This document shows positions 50,031 to 62,850 of a stretch of 64,000 bases of DNA, piece after piece. The stretch is taken from contig CM052816.1 in assembly GCA_028534125.1 (NCBI GenBank), positions 56,298,001-56,362,000 of the forward strand. The letters run 5' to 3'. Origin of the DNA: Lama glama. Its lineage: Eukaryota. The notes under the pieces are model-generated. The model did no database searches. It was not told the DNA's origin and worked only from the letters and a program-made list of their open reading frames with translations. Each line of letters starts with the position of its first letter. Within the stretch, counting starts at the first letter, position 1. A program made the translations under genes and the position numbers.

Positions 50031-51439
50031 GCACGGCAGAATAGACTGGCTGCAAAGGCTGTTGCTCTGCTTGCGGGTTCCTCAACACTCCACTCCCACC
50101 CAGAAATATTTTTCATCTCTTCTCTTCCCGGTGGAGAGAAAATGTTTTCCCCCAAACCATTATTTGTGGATAAGCTTTATATAGAGATTACTTAGGGCTT
50201 TGGCTCTTGGTATTCGAAAACCAAGCATTTGGATCACAGAAAACCTTTATCTGTTAAAAATCCTGGCTTTTGCATATCAGAAGGATCTTGATTTTCAAGA
50301 CAACTATCTCTACTATGAATTTGAAAAATTATTTAGGAATGTGGTGGCTTGATTTGCTTCTCACTGTGTTTTGCCTTCTCCTGTGACCGTAAACCTCAGC
50401 CTGGAATTCAGGTTTAATAAATGAAAAGTGCAGGGCAGGTAGGGAAGGTTGTAAGGGAAGGAGAGTGAAAAGAGTAGTGATTAGAAGAATTTACTAAGAG
50501 CAGAAACCCCTCAGAAGTGTTTCAAAAATACTATCCCTGCTGTGCTTAGAACTGCAGCCCAGGTTTTCTTTATTCAGGGCGCGAATACTCTTCCAAGCTC
50601 TGTGATGTACCACTTTCTTTTGTTTACAACTTTCTTAGCAAGGTCTTTATTGAGGTCAGTTTTATAGCAGACCAAAATTGATGACCTAATTTGCTCTGAA
50701 AACTATTTCTGTTCCTGCTTTCTGTGCCTCGGCAGTAGTGTTTAAATTTGCCTATTGTGAAATCTCACCCCCAAAGTGCTTTCTTGAGAGCGATTCTGAA
50801 CACGATGGAGTGGATGATTTCAGCCACTCTTCCAAAATCATCATACAGCATGCAGTATGAAATGAGATCTGAACTGGCAAATTAGGAAGGGGAGAATACA
50901 GTGCCAGGATGCATTTGTAAAAACAAGATTTTGTGGATTCAAATAGTATTATCATTATCCTACTAGCCCTGGGGGTCAAATAAACTGTTCTCTATCGCTG
51001 TATTTGAAGCCACTGGAGACTTCAGTCAGCTCATTAATAACTTCATTGTAAAGAAAACCTCAATAGCAATAGTGGTCTGGAACATGCCTGGCTCATAGAG
51101 GGAGTTTAAAAGTATGTATTGACTGTCTGGCTTTTCCTAGATCACCCACCCACCTCATTTTTCTGGGAAGAAATGGGAAGCACGTCGACTCTTTGGTGTA
51201 AGGAAGGAGATCTGCCGTTGGTTTTTGTTCCGTGAGCCTGGGTGTTAGTCGAACCCTGGTGCCTAGAGAATTTTCTTGCTGACTGTTAGGAAGTCTTGTT
51301 CACCCCATCATATGAGACAAAGGTTTTCTGAAATCTCCAGGGTTACTCCAAGGCTCTTTATCGTGTAGATCAAGCATGTGGGGAGAATGACAGTACAAAA
51401 CCAGCTAAGCTGGGGCCTGCCACACTTGCTGCCTCTTTC

Positions 51440-51620
51440 ATGGAGAAACAGTGCAGTAGAATGAGGAGCTGCCTCAAGTTCAAAGCCTACCTCTGCTGTT
51501 TCCAGCTGTTTAATCCTGAAGAAGTAACTTAGCCTCTTTGAATTTGAGTAGATATATCTGTGAAATTGTAGGGTTATAGTGAAGATAAGAAAAGATTAAT
51601 ACATCAAGTACCTGAGAAAG
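51440..51620 (+). mobile_element. MIR SINE
   Basis: 'agttcaaagcctacctctgc..ccagctgt...aagtaacttagcctctttga..atctgtgaaat..agggttatagtgaagat'. Confidence 0.7.
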
Positions 51621-52507
51621 CTATAGTTTATGTTTTAAGTAATGATCATTTACTTTTTTAGATTTTCCAAATGTATACAATTATATGATCACATTGAATA
51701 TGTTTTTTTCAAATGACAAGCCTCACCCCACCCCCCACAATTTGTGTTTCCCCTTTCCACTGAGAGTCACTGAATTAGACTTTTTAAATTGACCTTTGTG
51801 CTCATCTGGAGTGGGAGCATATACTGCAGAATATTATAACATAATCAATCTGAATTCATTACCATTCATTATCCTTAAAAGCATTTAGGAGACAGCTGCA
51901 TGCTTGGGGCACTGTCTTGATGGATCCAGCCCTTAATTTCTGGCCCCCTTGCAAGCCAGGATGGTTTTGCAAGACATTCAGGCACGAAGTGCTTAACAAC
52001 GGAAAAAGCTAGCCAGATCAGGTTGCAGTTAAGGCATTTTCAAGGCACACAAGCAACGGGAAGGAATACCTGGGATATAATGTGTCATGTAGGGGGAGAA
52101 TTGGACGTGAAGATGGGTAGAGATTAGTTATGGCCTAGAAAAACCTCAAAAGTAGAGACTGGTTTCTAGCAACTGCTTCAGGGATGAAGAAGACACAGAG
52201 AGGGTTGGTCCACCTAATTAAGGGTAAGTCTGGATTGCGATGGGATGATCAGATAAATCCTGTGATTTTAAAGATTAGACGAGCCATCGGAGATTTGATC
52301 CTACCAACGAATGAAATATTTTGCAGCTAATGTATCCTGGCCCAGGGCTACAGAGAGAAATAAAACAATTTATGCTCTGCAGGAGTGCTACCACTCCATC
52401 TCTGGTGTCACAGTAAGCGCAGTACAGCGTGTTGTGCGTATTCTGGAGGAAGTGACTAGTCGGATGGGGAAGGGCAAGTACTTGAGGGAAACTTCACTGA
52501 GGAAGTG

Positions 52508-52635
52508 ACATTCTACAGATGAGGACACTGAGGTCCAGAGAGGTGAAATAAATTGTCCAAGAACACACAACAGGGGAGTATCAGAGCTGAGATTACAACC
52601 CAAGCCCTTTTCCCTGAAGCTATGACTTCTTCCGG
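52508..52635 (-). mobile_element. MIR SINE
   Basis: 'cattctacagatgaggacactgaggtccagagaggtgaaataaattgtccaag..cacac'. Confidence 0.85.
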
Positions 52636-52789
52636 CCATTTTGCTCATAGCTATTTGCCTGAAGAAAAGAAGGAATCACATAGGGAATAAGGGAGCCACG
52701 GAGCAGAAAGGGAGCTGGTCTGGAGTTTCCTGATGAAAAACCTTGAGACTGTGGCTTGGCTTATTATGCAGAAGACCTGTATCCTGGGG

Positions 52790-52930
52790 ATCCCTAAGAC
52801 GAAGCAGTGGAGAGTTGAGAGATGCAATATTGATGATATCATTTGACTTCTGGAGCCAGTTCCACCCATGGACTTTTGCTCCCTACAGTTTGAGTTATGA
52901 CATGCCACCCGAGCATCTTCACCCGTGCAG
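52790..52930 (+). mobile_element. Old MLT1 (J/K-like) LTR 3' fragment
   Basis: 'gagagatg..tgatgatatcatttgacttctggagccag..ccatggacttt'. Confidence 0.45.
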
Positions 52931-55900
52931 TTAAGCATACAGAGCTCCTCTGACAGTGGCTCTGGTAGGTCTGGTATCGTGGGCTTACTGAAAGGACATT
53001 GTGGTGAACTAGCAGGATTCCTTTAAGACTGTAGAGGTAGAGGTGGGAAACGATGTTTGGCAAGATGCTGAGGAGTACAAGAAGGCGGGAGAATTTGATG
53101 ACTAACGGGGTGGATGGGTTGAAGGATGAATCTCCTATCACTGTAAGGCACTTGGTTATACAGTTGCTGGGGAGCTGATCTAGCCCAGTGTTATGGGGAT
53201 GTCAGCAAGCCAGTATTCTGGGGGCACTAGAGAAACCCTATAATTTCCCATCTAAGTTTTCTCTTTTCAACCATGTTTAATGTGAGTGGCTTTATCTGGA
53301 GCCGCTGAGTGATGAAAATCTTGGAATGCTCAAAGTAGAGGGGACAGCAGCAGTCATTTGGATGTGGTTTTTGAAGGCTTTCTGGCTACCAGAGGTAGCC
53401 TTAAAGCAGTCTTCTGGCAGAATACACTTCAGGGAAACTTGAAAAGAGTGTGTTACCAGAGCAGTGGAAAATACCCACCCTGTGGTTTTTGGGTTTGATG
53501 TTCAAACTGTATGATAGCTCAAGATTCAGAGAGCGAATTAGCCAGAGTTAGACTGCCCATAACTGCTATTCCTGTAATTAGATGATGAGAAGAGAATTCT
53601 AAAAGCTTCCAATTCAATTTCCTTCATTGAGGATAATCTCATTTAATTAACCATGACCCTAAGGGAGCAGCCTGAGACAGTGCTGACATGACGGGAGAAC
53701 AATAGGAAACAAGAAAACCGGAGACTAATACATGTACTGTGGGATTCTAAGGAAAGAGTCACAGCTCAGTGGGTCCCCTCACATTTCCTTGGAACCCAAA
53801 CATAATCGGATTTCCTAGTTTCAGAATGGGAAATCCAGTGAAATACCAGCAACATGTATGTTTAGAAAAGCTGGCATGGGGCTGGGTGTAAGCGGGCTGC
53901 CCAGCTGACAGCTGGAAAGATGGACTGATGTGACTCTTGAGCCACAGGTTTAGAAAGAAATTGCTGGGAGAGCCGTGTGCAGGGCGATGTTTCAGGAGGT
54001 GGCCTCCCTGGATGTCATGGCAGAAACAGTTTGCTCTGCTGGTTCTGTGTGAAGCACCCAAGATGCTTTCTTTGTTTAGTGTAATAGATGTCGTTAATGA
54101 TTTCTTCGGTTTTAGTATCTCATTTCCTGGGTGACCTAACAGCAGGGTGTGAGTCAGCAGAACAGGATGCCACTGCTGAGAAGAGCGTTCTTCATGTTGT
54201 TGAGGGGGTGAGCTTTAGGGAAAGGGATGCCTGGGACCACTTTCTGGAGACCCTAATCCCGATCAGTTGGAGAAAGAAATCAAGTCTCTCAGTCAGGGGA
54301 CTCCGCTTGTTCAGCCTGAGAGAAGCTTGATTTCCAGTTTCGCCAGTGAGCTCATGACACATAGGGGAGGTGTCAATAATTGTAGCACCAGTGAGTTTCC
54401 TCTTTGGACCCGAGTAGGAAATTCCATTACATTGACTAGCTCTGGACCAGGTGACTCCTGAATCATTGTTAACTTGGCCCTCTCCTCCTCCTCTGTTGAG
54501 TTACATGGAGGTGAAGATGGTCAACTATTTTTTTTAAAACCACAGAAATGACAATTTCATATGGTTCAATCTAACATTTCAGCAAAACTCAACAATCCTG
54601 TGAGGTACACAGGTGCTTTATTCTCTCTGAGATTGTGTGTTGCCTGTTAATTTCACTACCTGTTGAGCTCTCTGAAATAATCCAACGGAAAAGCTAAACA
54701 CGCTAGTTTCCTGTTGACTTCCCTCAGGTAGCACGGCCAGCCATCAGTGCCTGCCCTGGCCTGGGCCGGCCACACTTGGTGTTCTGCTGTTCTGTCTGGG
54801 TAGCCAGCCTCAGGTTCAGAGACTGTGGTTTTATAACATGTCCGTTACTGACGTGGAGAACCATCCAGCCATTGGCCCCTGTTTTTGAAGTGATCACGGT
54901 TTTAATCTCTTTTTGGGGGGAAGGAGAAATTTCTTTCACAAAGCTTTTGCTCATGTTTTATCTCAGCACCATCACAAAGTTACATTTATAAAATGAATGT
55001 GGCTGAAGCTTTTGCTTTCCAGCAGATAATTTCTGGCATTGCTCACACACATCTTGGAAACCCTATCATAGCAACTCACTCTTTACTACTTTATCCTGTA
55101 GCCCATTGACTTTGTTTCTACATCCTTGCCTCTACGATAAACTTTACATAGAGTTTTTTTCCCCTCATTTAAAAAAATCCCTACATATGTATTAAACTTT
55201 GTGTGTAACAGAGGTGGCAGCACAAACCCATATAGACAATTGTCTAACCATATTGACCAAAAAAAAAAAAAGTATATACCTTTCATCAGTGTAAAACTAA
55301 ACTCTAAGTAGATTAAAGAGCTGAATATGAAAAATAAAAACTTAGAAACTTTTAGGAGGAAAATGGGGGAGATTAAACTTTTAAGACATTGCAATAGGAG
55401 AGGATTTCTTAAAAACTATAAGGGATGTATTATAAAGGAAAAGATGTATACATTTGACTACACTGAAATCAGTAAACATCTGTATGACAAAGCACTATAG
55501 ATAGAGTGGGAAAAAAATCTCAAACTGGAGTTTTTTTTCTCGGTTTCTAAATTTCAACAAACAATAATTATCTAGAATATATAAAAGTGATTTCACATCA
55601 ATAATTAAAAACAAAATGGCCAAGGTATGAGGAGGCAGTTCAGAGGAGAGGAAAGGCAAATGGTTGACAATTGAAAAGATGGTTAACCTCAGGATTTATC
55701 AGGGAAATGCAAAGCAGAAGAGCTGTGCGGTACCATTTCACATCCACCAGATGGGCAAACATCGAAAAACTTTCTCATACTAAGTGTTCTCAAGGCCCCA
55801 GGAAAACAGAACCTCATATTTATTGATTGAGGGCAGATTTTGTACCATTATTTTGTACAGCAAATTGGTAATTTCCAGTAAAGTTGGAGATGTAGGTCCT

Positions 55901-56024
55901 CTATAATTAAGAGTAAATACTTGGAAGTGAAATAACTAAGACTGTCTCACAAATGCTCAAGGGGCACTGTTTATAATAGTAAAAAAAAAAAAAAATTGGA
56001 CATGACCCAAGTCTATTGACTGGA

Positions 56025-56280
56025 GTGGAGGTTTGGCCAACTACAGCCTCCTGGGTCAAATCCATCTCACTGTCTGTTTATACATAGCTTGCAAACAGTT
56101 TTAAATGTTAAAAAATGTAAACTATTAGAGACCAATAATGTGTTATATCATGTAAAAATTATATGAAATTCAAATATTAGTGTCCATAGTAAAGTTTTTT
56201 TTAAAAATTGAAGGGTACTTAATTTATAGCATAGTAAAGTTTTATTGGAATACAGCCATACTCATTCATTTAAATGTTGT
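56025..56280 (+). mobile_element. MER58B-like hAT-Charlie element
   Basis: 'ggccaactacagcc..gggtcaaatcc...aaaattatatgaaattcaaat.ttagtgtccata.taaagtttt[insert]attggaatacagccatactcattcattta'. Confidence 0.85.
56199..56229 (-). mobile_element. 31-nt ultra-truncated L1 3'-end insertion with 14-bp TSD
   Basis: catagtaaagtttt at 56185-56198 and 56230-56243 flanks ttttaaaaattgaagggtacttaatttatag, which resembles the L1 3' terminus at 479 and 12150. Confidence 0.75.
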
Positions 56281-56282
56281 AC

Positions 56283-56330
56283 TGGGGGCCCCCCGTGTGA
56301 TTCTGATGCACACCAGGTTTGATGAACAGT
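56283..56330. mobile_element. MER5A terminal fragment
   Basis: 'ccccgtgtgattctgatgcacaccaggtttgatgaacagtg'. Confidence 0.6.
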
Positions 56331-56779
56331 GGATGGAAGAATGGATACATTGTGGTGGATGCATATAATGGAATAGTATACAGTAGTTAAAAATCAATGA
56401 GATAGATGTATATTAACATGGCAAAGCATTAAAGTGAAAAATAAAAAGGATATGTATAGTTTGATGTTACTCCATACAATTGCATAAACAATAGTATATG
56501 TGGTTTATAGAAGCACTGCAAGCAGCGTAAGTTCTAAAACATGCATATGATAACAATCCTAATCAGGGAATTGTGGTCACTTCTAAAAAAAGGTGGGGAG
56601 GATAGAGAAGGGACTGAATTTTTGCTGTATTTATATTTTATTCCTTAAAAGTACAGCGATCTGAATTAAATGACAAAATGTTAATGTCTATTAAATATGA
56701 GTAGTATGTGTGACAGTTTTTATATGCTTGAAAAACTTGTAAATTGAAAGTAAGAAAATTTAAAGCCATGCATTCTCAT

Positions 56780-57330
56780 TAAAAAAATTTAAGAACGTAA
56801 AGTATAATATTAAATAATTGCATATTTCAATATGAAAAGCAATCTATAATCCCACCACCTGAATATGATTACTTACTAATATTTTGATATTTTCTCTTCT
56901 AGTCCTTTTTTTTCCCTATGCCTAGTAAAATAGTTTTAATTACATGATATTTACAATTTTGTATTCTTTTTCTTTAATATTGGTTCTTAGGAATTTTCCA
57001 TAGTTATTCTAATTTTTATAACAACCGCATATACTGCATATATGCATAACATTTATGATTTTTAACATACTATATTCTTGCTATAAAAATTTGGAAAATA
57101 AAGTATGAAGAAAATCAAAACCATCTGTCATGCAGTACTTTGATGATATGTTTTATGTATATATCTCTCCAGTCTTGATTATTGTTTTGCATCTTTAGTT
57201 TTTTTACTTAATGATGTACCATGAGAATTTCCCCATGATATTCGTGCTCTAAAACCTAATTTTAAATAGCTCCATATTATTCTATTGTATATGGATTAAG
57301 AAGCACAAATACTCATGTAACCTATCTTCC
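56780..57330 (-). mobile_element. Ancient L1ME4-like 3' fragments
   Basis: AT-rich 'ataatcccaccacc..tactaatattttgatat', 'ataaaaatttggaaaata..aagtatgaagaaaa', 'atattctattgtatatggat'. Confidence 0.5.
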
Positions 57331-57966
57331 TCTCTTACCCTCTGACAACATCTGTAAGCATGAGTTAGAAAACTCTGAATTATCTGCTGCTGATCCCTGT
57401 GGGACCAAGGAGGGAGGGGCAAGTGCTGGGGGATATTGACAGGAGGAACCCTGATCTCCCAGGAGTGGGCAGGGGGAGGGGTGCCCTGGTTCTCACCCAG
57501 AATGGGCTCTACCTGAGTTGAAAGACACTCTTTGTCTTTTTCCATCTCTGCTTTCTTCTAGACTGCAGGTGTGTGACTGGTTGGCTTGCTGGGCGATCTT
57601 TTTTGGGGATGATGTATTGTTATGGTTCTCACCTTCATATTAAGGAGATAAGCGATAACTGTTAGGTGGCAAATATAAAGTCAAATCACAAAACCTTCTA
57701 AACAAAAGGTTATTTCACTCTAACTTGTTTTGTGTAATGGAGTGGCCCAAGATCACATGTCCAACTTTTCTTCATCTTGTATGGTGAACTCTCTTGGAAT
57801 AATTCTGAAATGTACATTGTTTCCTATCTTAATATCCTTGAAACTGGGGTGGGTCGCACAATCCCTGGTGTTTCATGATCACTTTTAACTATTGTTCCCA
57901 TTTTAATGTCTCTGAAACCAGAATGTGACTTACGATCAATGACTTCTTAAATTCAATAAAATACAC

Positions 57967-58466
57967 NNNNNNNNNNNNNNNNNNNNNNNNNNNNNNNNNN
58001 NNNNNNNNNNNNNNNNNNNNNNNNNNNNNNNNNNNNNNNNNNNNNNNNNNNNNNNNNNNNNNNNNNNNNNNNNNNNNNNNNNNNNNNNNNNNNNNNNNNN
58101 NNNNNNNNNNNNNNNNNNNNNNNNNNNNNNNNNNNNNNNNNNNNNNNNNNNNNNNNNNNNNNNNNNNNNNNNNNNNNNNNNNNNNNNNNNNNNNNNNNNN
58201 NNNNNNNNNNNNNNNNNNNNNNNNNNNNNNNNNNNNNNNNNNNNNNNNNNNNNNNNNNNNNNNNNNNNNNNNNNNNNNNNNNNNNNNNNNNNNNNNNNNN
58301 NNNNNNNNNNNNNNNNNNNNNNNNNNNNNNNNNNNNNNNNNNNNNNNNNNNNNNNNNNNNNNNNNNNNNNNNNNNNNNNNNNNNNNNNNNNNNNNNNNNN
58401 NNNNNNNNNNNNNNNNNNNNNNNNNNNNNNNNNNNNNNNNNNNNNNNNNNNNNNNNNNNNNNNNNN
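57967..58466. other. Assembly gap (exactly 500 N)
   Basis: Run of N. Confidence 1.
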
Positions 58467-59319
58467 CTCCAACTCATTTAACATGGTAAAAACAGATGGC
58501 AGAGTCAGTATCAGCTTATTTTCTCCTATTTCAGAAAATCATTAAGGGAATTGAGTGGAAAGGACTTACATTAACAAACTTAAGTTTTCATTTCCAAAAC
58601 ATTTCTAAATTCATCCAACTACACTTGGAGGGAAAGGGACCAGTTTTCCCAATTAGCTGGTAATCACAAATGATAATGTGAACTGTGGATAAATTCATGT
58701 GATAGTCCCAACCTGGACCTTATTTCCTGTTTGGGGTTTGGTGAATTGTGTGCTTTACATTGCATTCAAATCAATTTCTATATGTATCATAATGGCTTCC
58801 TGTGTTTGCTAAAGAGATACGTAATGGCATAGGCTTTTTCCACTATAAGAAAAGATATTTTCCAGCTGCGTTGCATTTCTGGAAATGGAATCAGCCGTAA
58901 CCACTGGCACCAAATATTTAGCAGTCTGGACGCTGGTGGAGAGAAGAAGTGAGGAGTTTGCACGGCTCTCAAATCGCCTTTGCCACAGGGCGGGTAACAT
59001 AATGTGATATTTGTGTGCTCAGAATAGTTGAACTTGTGGGGAAAGGCAGCCTTGCCAGTTCTCAGTGTCAAACCACAACCTGGAATTATCTTGCCCGTCA
59101 AGACCTTTATCTTGAATGGGCAGGGAAGCTGTTTTCCATATATAGCCAATGCTTGATTATTTGCTTGTGTGCATAACTGACTTTATGGATTATTCACTGC
59201 AATTTTTAGGTCCAGCCTGGGTCCTTTTCCCCCAACTGTCTTGCCACCCACTATGATCCTGTAGACTATCTCCTCCTTTTGGTTGGTATGTGCTGTGGAA
59301 TTCAGTTGTCATGCCAGCA

Positions 59320-59470
59320 TGCTCACATTTATTAAATGCCTATCTTGGGCCAAACTTTTTATTAGATCAAATCTTTATTCAACTTGGTGACGTAAGTGGT
59401 ATCATCTTATTTTCCAGAGGAGGGAACAAAGATTTAGAGTTTAAGACACTTGTTTCAGGTCATATACAAG
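59320..59470 (-). mobile_element. MIR SINE fragment
   Basis: 'acatttattaaatgcctat..gtatcatcttatttccagaggagggaac..acttg.ttcaggtcata'. Confidence 0.55.
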
Positions 59471-61149
59471 TTTCAAATGTATAATGCCGTCTAGGTTAAC
59501 CATTACTTTTGGTAACTTGAGCCACAGAAACTTCTCTGTGAGTATGAGGACTCTGAAATAATTTTTATCAATTTAGCATAGCAAATTTGAACCAATCTCC
59601 TTTTATAAAGACAGACTAAACAGTTTAATACTTGAGAAGGCACACAATAAAATTCCAGCTGTGGAACACACACACTAAGATTGTTACAAAGGTTTTAAAA
59701 ATAAAATCAGTTGAACAAAGATGGTTAAAGGGTCTTTACTGCTAGATAATTATTCTTTTAGGGCAGATTGTAAATGTAGGCATTTTCCCCCTGCATATAT
59801 TTTGCTTGATGGAGAGCAGTTCCCATGTGCTCTCCAGATGATTCCTTTGTTAATATTTCTGTTTAAAGCCTTGTTACCTTTGCTCCTTGTCCTACTGTAC
59901 TTCATTGTTTCCATAGCAACAAGACAGAATGAGGAGTGGGTAGCAACTGGCTCCTGAGAGAATAGAAATGCTATGGAAAGTTCCACCTGAAATAACATGC
60001 AAATCACTTGGGCATATGATAAACAACAGAGAGAGTGATGCTTTTTTTGGGAAGACAGCTTATTTGGTTTTTGGAATATGCTCATTTTTCTGACAGCTTC
60101 TTTTTCTTGTTATCTTTCTTGCCTTTTTTTTTTTTTTTTGTATTTTGGAGGCCAAAATAAAATCATTAAAAAACAAAAATTCAACCTGACATTGCATGTG
60201 ACTCAATGGCAGATGCAGCGATTTGCGTTTCCAGAGATAGCTCTTGAGCACAGCATTTAAAAAAGCTTTTAATTGGGAAATGAATTTGCCTCTTGATTAA
60301 GCTACCTCTGGTTGCTAGGATATAGCTGAAGAGTGAGATGTTCTTGTAAAGTGAGATTTCCCCAATTGTTTTGCTATCAAGGACTTCTGTTATTATTTTT
60401 CCTTATAGCTTTCCAAAACTTGTTCAACATACTCACAGAATTAAAAGTTTCAATATGGGCCTCTATGGCCTTAACTCAGAGAAAGACCAATTTCTGTTTT
60501 GGAATTTAAGAGATCTCTTTTTGGAATACTGAAAATAGCTTTTAAAATAGAGTTTCCCAAAAGAAAATCACTGTTTTGAGATGGTCAACAGAATAGAGTG
60601 GGAAACATAGATATTTTACATAAAAAAAAATCATAGAGCTGTTTTAAGTATCCCTTTCTTGTACAACACAAGGCACAGTATAAACACAGTTTATATCTTA
60701 TGGGAATAAATAAAAATACAGAAATGGGTTCCTGGTAAAGGTGGGGGAAGTGCCTGATAATCTCACTTCGAGTGCCAAATAAAGTCATTCTTCACAGCTG
60801 TTCATTGCTGTTATTTATGGGGTATTACACAAAGACTTTTTTTTTTCCCCAGGTTCAAATTTTCAAGCAATCAGGGATCATAGAAGACATTTTTAAAAGC
60901 CTCCAGCGGTAATGATTAAGCTCCGTAACACCTCCTTTTATGCAACATATAGTGTAACTATCACATGTCAGCTGAATTCTCTCAAGTCACACCCTGTCTT
61001 CCAGTATCTTCATGCACACCCTCTCCTGGGATCATGCCTGCATACTGGAGTCCCATTCATAAAGCCCGGGGTCTTGGCTTCCAAGCCTCTCTATTTAACG
61101 AGATCAGTGTTCATGTTTCAAGATGAAATTGTCTGACCACTACTTCACA

Positions 61150-61290
61150 ATAACCTGGGGTGCCTGTTAAAAACGCAGAGCCCCAAATCCAGACTGACTG
61201 ATCCATTGCTGGGGGTGAGATGTGTCACCTGAATTTTGGATAGGCTCCCTGGTGCTTTATTTCCTGATGCTCAGTAAAGCCCTCAGCTAA
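61150..61290. mobile_element. MER5-like DNA transposon remnant
   Basis: 'aataacctggggtgcctgttaaaaacgcaga..ccagactgactga..ggctccctggtg'. Confidence 0.65.
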
Positions 61291-61640
61291 GGGAGGTGGA
61301 GGGTGGGGGCTGCCTCTGGTGCTCAGGAGCTATCAGGTCATCATCTGCATCAGCAGAGCTAACACCCGCTCTCCTCTTCTCTCCATCACTGCACCAGCCC
61401 TCCGAGCCCCTGAACCTGACCCCATCATCTGCCTCCTCACCAGGCCTTAAGCCCATCCGGGTGCTCCTTGTATTTTTTTTTTAAAGTCTTTTAGAAAATG
61501 ATCTCATCTGTAAAACATGGATTGGGAGTGGGTATATGTGTGTGGTGAGTAGGACTGAGGTGAGGGGTTGGAGAGTATCTGTACTTTTGTCCCAAGAGCT
61601 CTGTGCTCATAGGATGACCTTGATTTCATTAGCTCATCCT

Positions 61641-61730
61641 GGGCGTGGCGGGTGGGAGGGCTGTAGCTGGAGATACTCCACGCAGGGCCCGATATAAAAA
61701 CGTTTCTGCTGAGTGAGAGGGATACACACC
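61641..61730 (+). promoter_or_regulatory. Candidate GC-box/CACCC plus TATA core promoter
   Basis: GGGCGTGGC (61641) and GGGTGGG (61650), followed about 40 bp later by TATAAAA (61693-61699). Confidence 0.35.
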
Positions 61731-62624
61731 TTGATAAAATTTAGGGGGCCGTATGTTTCTCTAATAGATTACTTCAGGACCGTATGAATCCTAGCTTGCA
61801 TTTCCTGAGAACAAACCACATTGTGGCTGAGGAAAGCGAACCAGAAGCATTGACAGATATATAATGAAATCTACTTGGGTATTTAAAAATATATATTCAT
61901 CGGCAATCCACAAGCGGATAATTTTGAACTAGCCAAAGAGGTGCTGTTTCCAGTGTAACCAATGGATGTCTCCGAGGTAAATACGAGAGGAGCAAAGGGA
62001 GTGACAACCCACTTGGCACAGGTAGGAAGTTCCAAAGTGGCCTGCCTCTTAGAATCGCAGCTGAGGCATGTTGTCTACAGAGTGTCCTGTGTGTGTGGGG
62101 GTGGAGGGTGGGGGGGGGGTGGAGGGAAATCACGTGACTTTGGGATACGGATGTATGGTAGCCGTCTTTATTTCCTCCCAGACCGGGCTGGCCCTGGACT
62201 CCTAGGCCTGGAGTGATATTGAGTAAATCACATGCCCACCTCTAGGTCTGAAAATTTCTACCTTGCCCCCTGTGAGTTCCTAGTCATCCTGTGCCAATAC
62301 TGAAATTGCTCGTGAAATTCAGGGTCTTTATCTTTAGTAAGTGTTCGGCGAGGCAGCGCTAACTCTGACGGCACAGGGAGTAGCAGCTGCTCAGCTTGGC
62401 TGCTTTTGACACCTAGCAGAGGTCACACCTTGTGGGAAGGGGAAATCAGGGAAATGTTACCAGCATACGGGGAGCAAGAAAGGTCCCAGGGTGTAGGATT
62501 GATAACAGCCCAGTCTGGAGAGGAGCAGGGTGTGACTGGAGAGCTTGAGAGGCCTCGGTAAATGGGGAAGGGCATGTGGCAAATGTGAGAAATAAAAATG
62601 AGGAAATGAAAAGTTAGCTGTAGT

Positions 62625-62850
62625 CATCCCGTCATTTGCAAATGATTGATAGCTTTCATAGCCATAAGTTCTTTTGATCCTTCCAAGAACACTCACCATG
62701 TAGGGGTGGTGGTTGTTCCCAGTTTACAGATAAAGATGCTAAGCCCACAGAGAGGCAGAGTGACTTGCTCAATGCTAGCCAGGACTAGGACACAGGTCTT
62801 TTGTCTCTGGTTCTGCTCTCTTGTCTATTTCTCCCACTCCACACTGCTGA
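62625..62850 (-). mobile_element. MIR SINE
   Basis: 'cccagtttacagataaagatgctaagcccacagagaggcagagtgacttgctcaa..ggactaggacacaggtctt'. Confidence 0.85.

Larger units (their letters stand above)
55170..56750 (+). mobile_element. Ancient L1ME/L1MD-like ORF2-3'UTR remnant hosting nested insertions
   Basis: 'aaactctaagtagattaaagagctgaat..atttgactacac..atcagggaaatgcaaa..taccatttcacatccaccagatgggcaaa'; resumes after the insertions with 'atggatacattgtgg...ataatggaata'. Confidence 0.8.

Noticed and set aside
53059..53070. GGCAAGATGCTG resembling miR-31; also CCAGTTTTCCCA near 58640 resembling miR-145
   Set aside because: Only 12-nt partial matches; the rest of the mature sequences differ and I see no precursor hairpin
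57520..57575. Polypyrimidine tract plus tandem AG acceptors (ttctAG actgcAG)
   Set aside because: No convincing downstream donor or open frame; adjacent gap limits assessment
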